Sequence record: OR327751.1
From: Escherichia phage Ecp_YSF
Reading direction: 5' to 3' (one strand)
Length of the DNA: 53,268 nucleotides
Shown here: piece after piece, positions 40,485-48,417 of the stretch
How positions within the stretch are numbered: position 1 is the first letter of the stretch
How the letters are laid out: the number at the start of each line of letters is the position of its first letter
Notes under the pieces: generated by a model
Seen by the model: the letters and a program-made list of their open reading frames with translations, nothing else
What the model was told of the DNA's origin: nothing
Database searches by the model: none
Position numbers and translations under genes: made by a program

Positions 40485-40555
40485 AACTCCCTACAACTTT
40501 AAGGTGGATTGAGGTAAGACAAGACCTCCACAATCGTTCTGTAGGGAGTTCTTTT
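40485..40555 (+). promoter_or_regulatory. Long-range stem enclosing an inner hairpin, then U-tract, 8 nt before the RBS of the first small gene
   Basis: AACTCCCTACA (40485-40495) pairs with TGTAGGGAGTT (40540-40550); inner GTGGA/GAGG...CCTC/CAC; followed by CTTTT and AGGAG-ATG. Confidence 0.45.
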
Positions 40556-40571
40556 AACTCAGGAGAATAAA

Positions 40572-40790
40572 ATGACTCGTTTTAAAGATTTGGTAGATGG
40601 TGCAATCTTCTTTACGCGTGGTGGGGAACATCTGCAAAAGGTTTTGGAAGATGACATTAATGTAAATGCTGTATTCGTTGGTGATTCTAACATTGGTGTT
40701 TTATTAAATGACAATGAAAGGACTTTTACCGAGGAGGAGTTTAAAGAAATCTCAGCCTCTGATTTAGTTCAAGAGCCAATTGAAGTTTAA
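40572..40790 (+). CDS. Small acidic protein (72 aa), first gene after control region
   Basis: Strong RBS AGGAG; about 16 Asp/Glu versus about 7 basic residues. Confidence 0.55.
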   Translation: MTRFKDLVDGAIFFTRGGEHLQKVLEDDINVNAVFVGDSNIGVLLNDNERTFTEEEFKEISASDLVQEPIEV

Positions 40791-40833
40791 TGCGTGGGAG
40801 GGGGAGTAAACCCTCCAAATTTGGAGAGCAGAA

Positions 40834-41064
40834 ATGAATTATGCACTGTATTGTTATTTAAACAAGCAAGGCTTTGTTAAGCACGCCCTAGTTAACATTA
40901 AAACTAAGGAAGTATTATTGGCCGACCAATCAATTGTTGATTTCAGATTGGTATGGAAGAAAGCAATGCATCCTGGACATGTTTGGGAAACAATTCAGTT
41001 GGATAAGCACCACAAAATTGTGGCAACTGCTACTCGTCCAGACCATATTCTACCAAGAGGTTAA
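40834..41064 (+). CDS. Hypothetical protein (76 aa)
   Basis: RBS GGAGAG before ATG. Confidence 0.5.
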   Translation: MNYALYCYLNKQGFVKHALVNIKTKEVLLADQSIVDFRLVWKKAMHPGHVWETIQLDKHHKIVATATRPDHILPRG

Positions 41065-41066
41065 TC

Positions 41067-41255
41067 ATGGACTTCATCGTCTACTTTAAGTTAAATGGTG
41101 TGGAGCAAAGATTGTACTTCAATTCTTTACTTCGTCTGCAACAGTGGGCGGAGAAGTTTGTTGGGTATGACTTTGAATACATCAACGCATGTACACCTGA
41201 CGAACATGAGGAAATCGTGTTCAGTTCATTGAGCCAAATTCTGGAGGCAAAATGA
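41067..41255 (+). CDS. Hypothetical protein (62 aa)
   Basis: RBS GAGG before ATG. Confidence 0.45.
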   Translation: MDFIVYFKLNGVEQRLYFNSLLRLQQWAEKFVGYDFEYINACTPDEHEEIVFSSLSQILEAK

Positions 41256-41500
41256 CGCAGTTTAAATTGAAGGCCGACTTAATAGAGTTGGCCTCTTATG
41301 AAGAAAAGATTGAGTTCATACAAGAGCGTCTTGTTGTCAACTTTAATAATTGGATACACCTTCCAGTAAGTGATGTAGTTAAAGAAGTTAAAAATGATTT
41401 CGGCATCGAAATCACAAAAAGACAATTCAATAAAGATGTTATGACTGACCGAATCATGGACAGTTTGATTAACAACTTTATGTCCTACAAAGGTATGTGA
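41252..41500 (+). CDS. Hypothetical protein (82 aa)
   Basis: RBS GGAGG; ATGA overlap with upstream gene. Confidence 0.5.
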   Translation: MTQFKLKADLIELASYEEKIEFIQERLVVNFNNWIHLPVSDVVKEVKNDFGIEITKRQFNKDVMTDRIMDSLINNFMSYKGM

Positions 41501-41502
41501 TA

Positions 41503-41676
41503 ATGAACGACCAGCAATTCAACACATTCATGCAGCAAATTAATCATCAAGAATTGATGGACACTCTCAAAGGCAAGAAGCCAGTCGAACGTCAATATCG
41601 TAAAATTGATAATTATATGCCAACCATTATTGCATGTGTTGGATTTCTAATTGTTCTCTACTTCCTGGTGAAATAG
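41503..41676 (+). CDS. Small membrane peptide (57 aa, C-terminal TM helix)
   Basis: Not in ORF track (below 60 aa); ends IIACVGFLIVLYFLVK. A further 27-aa hydrophobic ORF follows at 41677-41760. Confidence 0.35.
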   Translation: MNDQQFNTFMQQINHQELMDTLKGKKPVERQYRKIDNYMPTIIACVGFLIVLYFLVK

Positions 41677-41773
41677 ATGGATATTGTAAAGAAACTAGTA
41701 TTCTGTATTATGATGTTCCCACTTGTGCTACTTGTTGTTGGCGCATTCATGTACTTTTAATGCCGGAGTTATT

Positions 41774-42037
41774 ATGGCTACCAGAACAGGCATGATGATT
41801 GTCCCAAGCCGTAATAACTCTTTAAGCGGCTTTACACCATATAAAATCTATGAAGTGATTTCTGGCACTGGTGAAGCAAACCTGTCAGAAGTTGCTTTGA
41901 AGTTGGGCCGTATGGTCCATTCCGAAATCTCCTGTAACGTAGTTGATGATGAAGGTAAAATCCGTTTTGTAACAATGGATTTCTTTCGTGAATTTAACCT
42001 CAAATCTGAGATAGGTGTTTTATATCATGAAATTTAA
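41774..42037 (+). CDS. Hypothetical protein (87 aa)
   Basis: ATG with GGAG upstream; track ORF starts earlier at 41723. Confidence 0.45.
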   Translation: MATRTGMMIVPSRNNSLSGFTPYKIYEVISGTGEANLSEVALKLGRMVHSEISCNVVDDEGKIRFVTMDFFREFNLKSEIGVLYHEI

Positions 42038-42254
42038 ATGTGTTGCTTCAACCAAAGATTATGTTCCAGTTGGCTTCATCGTTGAGGGTGAAGCTATCTC
42101 GCCTTTGGAATTTAAAGTGACTAAATCTGCTGAGAATGTGTCTCCAGCATTTCGTAAAGGTGCTGTAGTGCCTATGAATGGTGCATTCTGGACATGGCAG
42201 CGTGACCATGAAGCAGAATTTGCAGATATTTGTGAACAAGGGTTATTGCAATGA
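42027..42254 (+). CDS. Hypothetical small protein, paralog family member A
   Basis: Starts MKFKCVASTKDY, ends with WTWQRD motif. Confidence 0.45.
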   Translation: MKFKCVASTKDYVPVGFIVEGEAISPLEFKVTKSAENVSPAFRKGAVVPMNGAFWTWQRDHEAEFADICEQGLLQ

Positions 42255-42481
42255 CAAAGTTTAAGTGCGTGAAATCGACCTCTTCATCTGAATACTCTCC
42301 GAAAGTTGGAGATGTGATTGAGGGGAGGATTATGCACGTAGAGCGGAGAGGCAAAATCGAGCCTCGCATACTCCTTTCAAAAGTCAGTGACCGTAAAGAT
42401 GCCAATGGCAATCCATACTTTGGTGAAGGAGAAAATATTCCTTTAGAGGGTGGAATCTGGTCCTGGGAAGAAGTTAAATAA
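42251..42481 (+). CDS. Hypothetical small protein, paralog family member B
   Basis: Starts MTKFKCVKSTSS, ends GGIWSWEEVK; similar to the preceding gene. Confidence 0.45.
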   Translation: MTKFKCVKSTSSSEYSPKVGDVIEGRIMHVERRGKIEPRILLSKVSDRKDANGNPYFGEGENIPLEGGIWSWEEVK

Positions 42482-42544
42482 TTTCCTCAACCATTCTTAT
42501 AATGAGAGTGGTTGCTGAATATTATTAATTAACTTGGAGCATTT

Positions 42545-42835
42545 ATGAAACAACGTACTCGTTTACAGCGTGACCCCGCCACAGGCCGCTTGTTACCAGC
42601 ATATTTGAAAGTTGGTGACTTAGTTTACACTCGTGACTTTGCTTTTGATATTTGCCCAAGCAAAGCATATGAAGTTCTCGCCACCAGCTTGTCTGGTCCT
42701 AAAGTAATATTTGGTGCTCTTGAGCCAATCCAGTTAACTGGAACTCAGTTTGTCATTAAAGATGAATCTGGTTGCAATCGTATCTTCAATCTCGAAGGTG
42801 GATTATCCAAATGGGAGAAGGTGAAGCGTGGGTAA
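42545..42835 (+). CDS. Hypothetical protein (96 aa), possibly related to the paralog family
   Basis: C-terminus GGLSKWEKVKRG resembles GGIWSWEEVK. Confidence 0.45.
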   Translation: MKQRTRLQRDPATGRLLPAYLKVGDLVYTRDFAFDICPSKAYEVLATSLSGPKVIFGALEPIQLTGTQFVIKDESGCNRIFNLEGGLSKWEKVKRG

Positions 42836-43061
42836 GAATTATATCGAAATGTTTAAACGACTGACCGTCAATGGGCAGGAGTTCTTGCTGAATGATGCAA
42901 GGCAAGATATCGAATTGTCTGACAAGTATTCTTATTTTGACCAAAAGACAATTGTGAAGTGGACATTCTCTTACATGTCCGCCAATACTCCCGGAGAAAC
43001 GCTTGTGATTAGCGGCTCTGGTGATTCCGTATTATCCGCTTTGGAGAAACTAAAGCAATGA
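42828..43061 (+). CDS. Hypothetical protein (77 aa)
   Basis: GTG start with GGAGAAGG upstream. Confidence 0.4.
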   Translation: MGKNYIEMFKRLTVNGQEFLLNDARQDIELSDKYSYFDQKTIVKWTFSYMSANTPGETLVISGSGDSVLSALEKLKQ

Positions 43062-43345
43062 ACAAGAATTCAGTCTTACGTTATGTTGGTAAAACAAATT
43101 ACAACTTTACCAACGGTAAGAAATACAAAATCGTCGCAGGTCGTGGTGACGGGGTTCCTCGCAACAACGGTACACTCGGTGCGTATATTCAATCTCCTTT
43201 GGGTTTTGTCGTTAATGACGATAACCGCAATTTATGTTATCGCACATTCTCCGATAATTGGGAACTTGTGAAAGATTCTGGTGAAGTTAGTTGGTATAAA
43301 CCTGAATCAAACATTGACCCAATTCCTGTATCGAAGGTGATGTGA
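43058..43345 (+). CDS. Hypothetical protein (95 aa)
   Basis: ATGA overlap with upstream gene. Confidence 0.45.
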   Translation: MNKNSVLRYVGKTNYNFTNGKKYKIVAGRGDGVPRNNGTLGAYIQSPLGFVVNDDNRNLCYRTFSDNWELVKDSGEVSWYKPESNIDPIPVSKVM

Positions 43346-43500
43346 GGATTGAATATTAAATACCTAATACTGACACTTACTATTAGCGTTGTTATACTTA
43401 CGATTGTTATAGGCTTTGCCAACCTGCTGCTATTACAAGCAGGAATATAAACTGGCGCGTTAAATTAACAAGGAGCATTCATTGAGTGTTCCTGATTAAT

Positions 43501-43521
43501 CTGACATTAGTTGCGTGTGAA
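43501..43521 (+). promoter_or_regulatory. Conserved phage motif copy d
   Basis: CTGACATTAGTTGCGTGTGAA, 22 nt upstream of ATG 43543. Confidence 0.4.
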
Positions 43522-43542
43522 TAACAACTTTTGGAGGTATTT

Positions 43543-44064
43543 ATGTTTTACACTGGTGTGGGAAGTCGTGAAACTCCCGAGCATATTTGCGAACTGCTGA
43601 CTAAAGTAGCTTCCAAACTGGCCAGGCTTGGCTGGGTAGTTCGTACGGGAGGTGCTCAAGGTGCTGACGAAGCATTCCTGGCTGGCTGCAACGGAAGGAC
43701 AGAGAACTTTATACCTTGGAATGGTTTTGGAAGTTATGGTGGCGTAGTACCGGACCTGAATCGAAATTGGGAATACCTGCAAAGTGTTGAAAACGTAAAC
43801 CCGCTAATTCACAAGAAAGAAACCAGAAACCTCGACAAATACAGAGGATTTTGGAAACTGCAGGCACGAAATGTTAGTCAGGTACTTGGGCTTAACTTAG
43901 ACACTCCATCCAAGTTCTGTATCTTGTACGCTCTGACAACATCAACTGGTGTGAGCGGAGGCACCAACACTGCATATCAGGTTGCAGTGCAGTCTGGAAT
44001 ACCTTGTTTTAACCTGTTTGACCCTGCTGTAGTAGCAAGGTTTGAGAAATTTGTATCTGAGTGA
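43543..44064 (+). CDS. Rossmann-like SLOG/DprA-like protein (possible nucleotide-binding or processing)
   Basis: N-terminus MFYTGVGSRETP ... VVRTGGAQGADEAFLAGC. Confidence 0.35.
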   Translation: MFYTGVGSRETPEHICELLTKVASKLARLGWVVRTGGAQGADEAFLAGCNGRTENFIPWNGFGSYGGVVPDLNRNWEYLQSVENVNPLIHKKETRNLDKYRGFWKLQARNVSQVLGLNLDTPSKFCILYALTTSTGVSGGTNTAYQVAVQSGIPCFNLFDPAVVARFEKFVSE

Positions 44065-44100
44065 TTATCAGGGTGCATTTACGAGTGTACCCGAATAATC

Positions 44101-44119
44101 CAATTAGTTGGATATGAGG
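44101..44119 (+). promoter_or_regulatory. Conserved phage motif copy e (variant)
   Basis: CAATTAGTTGGATATGAGG. Confidence 0.35.
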
Positions 44120-44189
44120 GACAAAGCTATTCCGTGGTTAGCAATGTCACTGAAACTTAAACTGTAATTAACTTAAGAGAATCTTAATC

Positions 44190-44564
44190 ATGGCACAATA
44201 TTCAGATGTAAACACTGGCATTATCGGTCCTAACGGCTTCAAGAAAGACCCAAAACATCCTGACATTCGTGGGCGTATTAACGTTGACGGAATCTGGTAT
44301 TGGGTATCTGGCTGGAATAAGCAAGCAAATGGTAATGAATTTACCTCACTTGCATTAACCATCATGACCCAAGAACAGGTTGATGAAATGATGCGTAAGC
44401 GTGAAGAGAAAGCTAAAGCCAAAGCTCAACCTCAAGCTGCCGCTCAACAGCAACAGCAACGCCAGCAACCTTCTGCGCAACAGCAAGCTCCTACTCAACA
44501 ACAGCAGCAGAGCAACTATAACCCGAACGAGCCGAAAGATTTCGACGACGACATTCCGTTCTAA
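44190..44564 (+). CDS. Small protein with Q-rich linker and SSB-type C-terminal tip DFDDDIPF
   Basis: Last 8 residues DFDDDIPF match the conserved SSB acidic tip; preceded by a Q/A-rich low-complexity linker; N-terminal domain only about 60 aa. Confidence 0.55.
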   Translation: MAQYSDVNTGIIGPNGFKKDPKHPDIRGRINVDGIWYWVSGWNKQANGNEFTSLALTIMTQEQVDEMMRKREEKAKAKAQPQAAAQQQQQRQQPSAQQQAPTQQQQQSNYNPNEPKDFDDDIPF

Positions 44565-44685
44565 TGGAGATGCCCTATGAAAATTCTATGTTTTATGGGG
44601 CTACATAATTGGGAAATTTCACACGAAAACGATTATGTAACCATTTGGGTTTGCAAACACTGTGCAGTAATGCGTGAGGAATATC

Positions 44686-45411
44686 ATGGGAGCTAGAATC
44701 TTCGAAATTCCAGTAAATCTGGTTAAGAATGGTGATACACTTTGGTATGGAAATAAAGAGTATCCAATCGTAAATGTAGTACGTCTACGAGACTGCACAA
44801 CACTTAACTACTTATTGGGAAAAGACCAGAGCGGATACTTTAACTTCGAAAACAGTCGAATTGTTAAACTCATCGACAAACAAAATGAATTCAATATTCC
44901 TTACACTGCGGTGTCACCAACAATTGAGTTCCCTAATCAAATAAAACCAGCATTCCTTCCTGTGGAGGAGTTCAAGAAGCAGGAAATATCCGATGAAGAA
45001 GATGTTCTCGGAAAAGATGTGGAAGTTGGTGACGTTATTTGGTACAACGCCAATTGGGCAACTGTTACAAATGTGTACAAACATCCAAACTCGCCATACA
45101 ACAAAGTCAATATTGACTACGATGGTGTAAAAGGTTTGCAAGTACGACTAACGTTAACCGGAACTTACTCAAGAAAGGTAAGAGCAGTAATGGAAACATT
45201 AAATATTCAAAATGCAATCGAAGCACAACGAATTCTTCTGCAAAAGCTGGAGCAAATGCTGGAAGCAATCCTACTTGAGCCAGGAGAAGATGGCAAGATT
45301 GCGGTAGTAAACACATCGTTTCGTGTTGATAAGGCAACAGTTGTTAAAGTAACGCGAGATGAAATGAAAGCTGCCGCAAACAAATCCGCAGAGCTTATCA
45401 AGAAGCTGTAA
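44686..45411 (+). CDS. Hypothetical protein (241 aa)
   Basis: ATG with GAGGA upstream; coiled-coil-like C-terminal third. Confidence 0.5.
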   Translation: MGARIFEIPVNLVKNGDTLWYGNKEYPIVNVVRLRDCTTLNYLLGKDQSGYFNFENSRIVKLIDKQNEFNIPYTAVSPTIEFPNQIKPAFLPVEEFKKQEISDEEDVLGKDVEVGDVIWYNANWATVTNVYKHPNSPYNKVNIDYDGVKGLQVRLTLTGTYSRKVRAVMETLNIQNAIEAQRILLQKLEQMLEAILLEPGEDGKIAVVNTSFRVDKATVVKVTRDEMKAAANKSAELIKKL

Positions 45412-45417
45412 TTAACA

Positions 45418-45455
45418 GAGGCCATTCCACTTCGAGTGGCCTCGATTAATTATTG
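45418..45455 (+). terminator. Terminator-like hairpin
   Basis: GAGGCCA-(12 nt loop)-TGGCCTC followed by GATTAATTATT. Confidence 0.4.
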
Positions 45456-45597
45456 GAGGATTTATGTGGGATATTTATCTTGAAGGTGTTGACGAGCCAA
45501 TTTCAACACTTAATACACAATTTATTGCAGTTGGGTGTGCAATTCTTTATAAAGGTAAGTTACACACTGTATCTAAAATCGTTCAGAGGTTTTAATT

Positions 45598-45957
45598 GTG
45601 AAACTTAAGTACATTATTATTTATACTTTAGCATTAATTGTTTTGGCATTCTTTAGCTTTGAGTCTAAAGCGTCAACAAAGAACTTCAAATGTGGAGCGT
45701 ATACTCTTGTAGTTGATAACATCGGAGACAGCCAACCTCTGATTGCGTCAATAATTCCTGAAGCTGGTGTTTGGATAGAGGTTCCAAGTGATGAACCCAA
45801 TCCTGCAACAGTTTTATTTTACAACATTAAAGATAGCAGGTTTGCTGCACTGTTTATAAATCATGAAGATAAACTTGTGCTACAGATTTTCCGTGATGGG
45901 GATTTCCTCAAAGCAAACTATCCTGTCTTGTCCACCAGCTGTACGGAGAAGAAATGA
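45598..45957 (+). CDS. Secreted / periplasmic protein with N-terminal signal peptide
   Basis: MKLKYIIIYTLALIVLAFFSFESKA signal-like N-terminus; GTG start with GAGG upstream. Confidence 0.45.
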   Translation: MKLKYIIIYTLALIVLAFFSFESKASTKNFKCGAYTLVVDNIGDSQPLIASIIPEAGVWIEVPSDEPNPATVLFYNIKDSRFAALFINHEDKLVLQIFRDGDFLKANYPVLSTSCTEKK

Positions 45958-46187
45958 CTTCAACAGAATTTATTATTGATGGGGTTCAATACCTGCTGGA
46001 ATCCAATTGCGAGTATCGCCATTGGGCAGTAATTCACGACCGAGTTGTAAAATACTTGGAACGTGTAGGGAAGGAAACTGCTAAATCTATGCTGTTTGAG
46101 GCAACAGTTCTTGGAACAACCTCAATCAATAAAGAATTAGTGTCTTTCAAATTAACCATTCACCCTAGTGGGAATAGCTTTCAATGA
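45954..46187 (+). CDS. Hypothetical protein (77 aa)
   Basis: ATGA overlap. Confidence 0.45.
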   Translation: MTSTEFIIDGVQYLLESNCEYRHWAVIHDRVVKYLERVGKETAKSMLFEATVLGTTSINKELVSFKLTIHPSGNSFQ

Positions 46188-46459
46188 TTTCAATAGACCA
46201 AGTTCCAGTTGAACTAAGTAAGGCAAAAGGTAAGCTAGATGATGCCAAATCTGACTTATCTACCTTTGATTTAAATGCTCCGGCCGATAAAGTTAAGGTT
46301 TTCATCGACTGTATTGATGGATGGGTGCTTATTGAGCATGGAGTCCTTCGAGCATTACTTGTTGATGAAGTTGCCAAGGCTCAGGAAGCATTTGACGAGA
46401 TTGATAACCTCAACACACTGTTAAACAACACTTTAAGCGATGCGCTAAAGGATAAGTAA
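46184..46459 (+). CDS. Hypothetical protein (91 aa)
   Basis: ATGA overlap. Confidence 0.45.
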   Translation: MISIDQVPVELSKAKGKLDDAKSDLSTFDLNAPADKVKVFIDCIDGWVLIEHGVLRALLVDEVAKAQEAFDEIDNLNTLLNNTLSDALKDK

Positions 46460-46854
46460 TGAATGTTAAGCTCGGTCAACGTTCTTTGGACCGACTTAAG
46501 GGAGTAAATCCTTCATTAGTTGCAGTTTTCAAACGTGCATGTGAAACGATGCCTTTTGATGTGACTGTTTTGGAAGGTTTACGCTCTTATGAACGTCAAC
46601 AAGAACTATTAAAACAGGGTGCAACCAAAGTTTCAGTTAGCCGACACATGTCAGGCAACGCTTTGGACATTGCGCCGTACCCAATTGACTGGAATGACCT
46701 TGAACGATTCCAAATTGTGGCTGAACACATGTTCAAAGCCGCAGAAGAGCTTGGAGTTGTTATTCGCTGGGGCGGAACATGGGAACGAACCTTCACTAAG
46801 CCAGTGAAATGGGCCAAGTTCCTTGATGCACCGCACTTCGAACTTCCGGCATAA
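46459..46854 (+). CDS. Peptidase M15-like (VanY / L-alanyl-D-glutamate peptidase-like) zinc peptidase
   Basis: Motifs SRHMSGNALDIAP (H-x6-D) and DAPHFEL. Confidence 0.6.
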   Translation: MNVKLGQRSLDRLKGVNPSLVAVFKRACETMPFDVTVLEGLRSYERQQELLKQGATKVSVSRHMSGNALDIAPYPIDWNDLERFQIVAEHMFKAAEELGVVIRWGGTWERTFTKPVKWAKFLDAPHFELPA

Positions 46855-46862
46855 CTTCATCA

Positions 46863-47153
46863 ATGGAGCATCCGATGGAATATCAGGAAATACCGAAAGA
46901 GTTAGAGCGTATGCAATCTCGCACATATCGTGCAGGGGCAGAACTCCACCAGCATTTGTCAAACTATGTGAACGATTCTCGAAATCTCAGGTCCGAAATT
47001 GCGGTTGATGGTTGTTGCTATCTGGTAACATACGACGAGAAGACCGCCATACTAGACATGCTAGTAAAGGGTGGAAAAGAGCGAATTGAACAGCTCAAAA
47101 TCCTTAATGCGGAACTTCAAGGCATGTGGGAGAAACTCAATGCAAAACGATAA
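46863..47153 (+). CDS. Hypothetical protein (96 aa)
   Basis: ATG-initiated; coiled-coil-like C-terminus. Confidence 0.45.
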   Translation: MEHPMEYQEIPKELERMQSRTYRAGAELHQHLSNYVNDSRNLRSEIAVDGCCYLVTYDEKTAILDMLVKGGKERIEQLKILNAELQGMWEKLNAKR

Positions 47154-47688
47154 CATTGCTCAAGCAGTAGAACAGCTTAAGTCCTGGCGTAGAGATGAAA
47201 CCTTATTGGTTCGTTTCTACACAGGCGAAACTAATTCTGAATTTGTAGATGCGTGGATTGATGGCCTGTCTTGGCGTCATTATGATTTCGACATGCGGGA
47301 GTATTTGCATGAAGAATATGGCATCGAGTATCCAGAATCCGGTACATACGACGTAATTGAATCGAATGAGGAAGATGTTACCGAAGTTTGCTTTGTTGAC
47401 GGGCTGTTCAGCATTCGTAAATATGACAAGTTCAACGAACTGCTTGTTGATACTGACTTGGACGTAATTCTTGCGGCATTCCGTAGCGGTGATATCGACA
47501 TTTTCACTGTAGACGATTTGAATGACAAGGTTATTTGCCGATGTGATTCAATTGCGGATTATTTCCAGCAATATGATGGCATAGAAGTTCCAGACCATCT
47601 TCGTCCATATATCGATTGGGATGCAGTTGCGAGAGATTACGGAAGTGATTACACTTTCTCCGAAGGGATACTATTCTCAAATGCGTGA
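47140..47688 (+). CDS. Acidic protein, ArdA-like anti-restriction candidate
   Basis: Highly acidic; segments VDAWIDGL and YIDWDAVARDYGSDYTF resemble ArdA blocks as recalled from memory; start taken at ATG 47140. Confidence 0.4.
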   Translation: MQNDNIAQAVEQLKSWRRDETLLVRFYTGETNSEFVDAWIDGLSWRHYDFDMREYLHEEYGIEYPESGTYDVIESNEEDVTEVCFVDGLFSIRKYDKFNELLVDTDLDVILAAFRSGDIDIFTVDDLNDKVICRCDSIADYFQQYDGIEVPDHLRPYIDWDAVARDYGSDYTFSEGILFSNA

Positions 47689-47920
47689 TTTAAATATCGC
47701 TGAACTTGAGGCTGGATTGATTGTCCACCACCAGCCTCGAAACACTTTCTATCGTATTCTTGGGCCTACAAAGATTAAAACTCATTGCGGAAGTTGGGTA
47801 GATGGGTTTGCTTACCAAGAAGTTAAGAAGTACGGGGACCATACTTTCTTAAGTATTGATTCTTCTACTATCTACACACGACCGAAAGAGTTATTTGACT
47901 CAGATTGGAAAACGCTATAG
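47681..47920 (+). CDS. Hypothetical protein (79 aa)
   Basis: ATG 47681 overlapping upstream stop. Confidence 0.4.
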   Translation: MRDLNIAELEAGLIVHHQPRNTFYRILGPTKIKTHCGSWVDGFAYQEVKKYGDHTFLSIDSSTIYTRPKELFDSDWKTL

Positions 47921-47984
47921 TTCCAGGCGGGTTTCTTCGAAGTGCCAAGCGGGTTTTGTACTCGCATTGGCCTTCGGCTTTAGT

Positions 47985-48008
47985 CTGAAACATTAGTGGG
48001 ATTTGATT
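47985..48008 (+). promoter_or_regulatory. Conserved phage motif copy f
   Basis: CTGAAACATTAGTGGGATTTGATT. Confidence 0.35.
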
Positions 48009-48124
48009 CTGACCACTTAGGGAAGAAAGGCATTATACACTTATCGCCAAATGGGTGTCAAGCACTTTCTTCATTTATTTAATTTATTCTTATTATTCTT
48101 TTTGTTTGGAATATTGGAATAATC

Positions 48125-48147
48125 CTGAAACATTAGTTGGAATTGGA
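48125..48147 (+). promoter_or_regulatory. Conserved phage motif copy g
   Basis: CTGAAACATTAGTTGGAATTGGA immediately before ATG 48148. Confidence 0.4.
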
Positions 48148-48324
48148 ATGATTAAAGTTCTGGAAAAAGATAACGTAACCTTCGCACGTCAGTGTGGAGG
48201 ATGTTTCTCTGTAGTATCTTACGTGTTCTCTGACTTAAAGATGTACACAGGAAAGAATGACCGAGGATACTTCGCATACAGATTCATTACTTGTCCTGTT
48301 TGCAAGAAGAGTATTCGGCATTAG
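48148..48324 (+). CDS. Small Cys-containing protein (58 aa)
   Basis: Motif copy g abuts the ATG; C-terminal CPVCKK; the track's longer ORF (48055) would contain the motif. Confidence 0.35.
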   Translation: MIKVLEKDNVTFARQCGGCFSVVSYVFSDLKMYTGKNDRGYFAYRFITCPVCKKSIRH

Positions 48325-48337
48325 TTGGAATTGAAAC
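48317..48337 (+). promoter_or_regulatory. Conserved phage motif copy h
   Basis: CGGCATTAGTTGGAATTGAAA; overlaps stop codon of the upstream ORF. Confidence 0.35.
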
Positions 48338-48352
48338 AACATCAGATAAGAG

Positions 48353-48417
48353 CTTTGTAACTAGGTAGTCCGTCTGGTACCAAGACGTGTGAGAACGTTC
48401 GATTCGTTCTACAAAGC
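48353..48417 (+). ncRNA. tRNA-like structured element (acceptor-like stem and canonical T-arm; reduced D region)
   Basis: CTTTGTA pairs with TACAAAG (extendable to 11 bp); hairpin CGTCT-GGTACCA-AGACG; T-arm GAACG-TTCGATT-CGTTC; followed by CTCTTTTCG. Confidence 0.4.

Noticed and set aside
44577-44696. Short ORFs between annotated genes (44577-44696 encoding about 39 aa with C/H residues; 45464-45595 encoding about 43 aa with strong GGAGGA RBS)
   Set aside because: Plausible small genes but below the size where I can distinguish them from chance; noted for ribosome-profiling follow-up and not listed as features.
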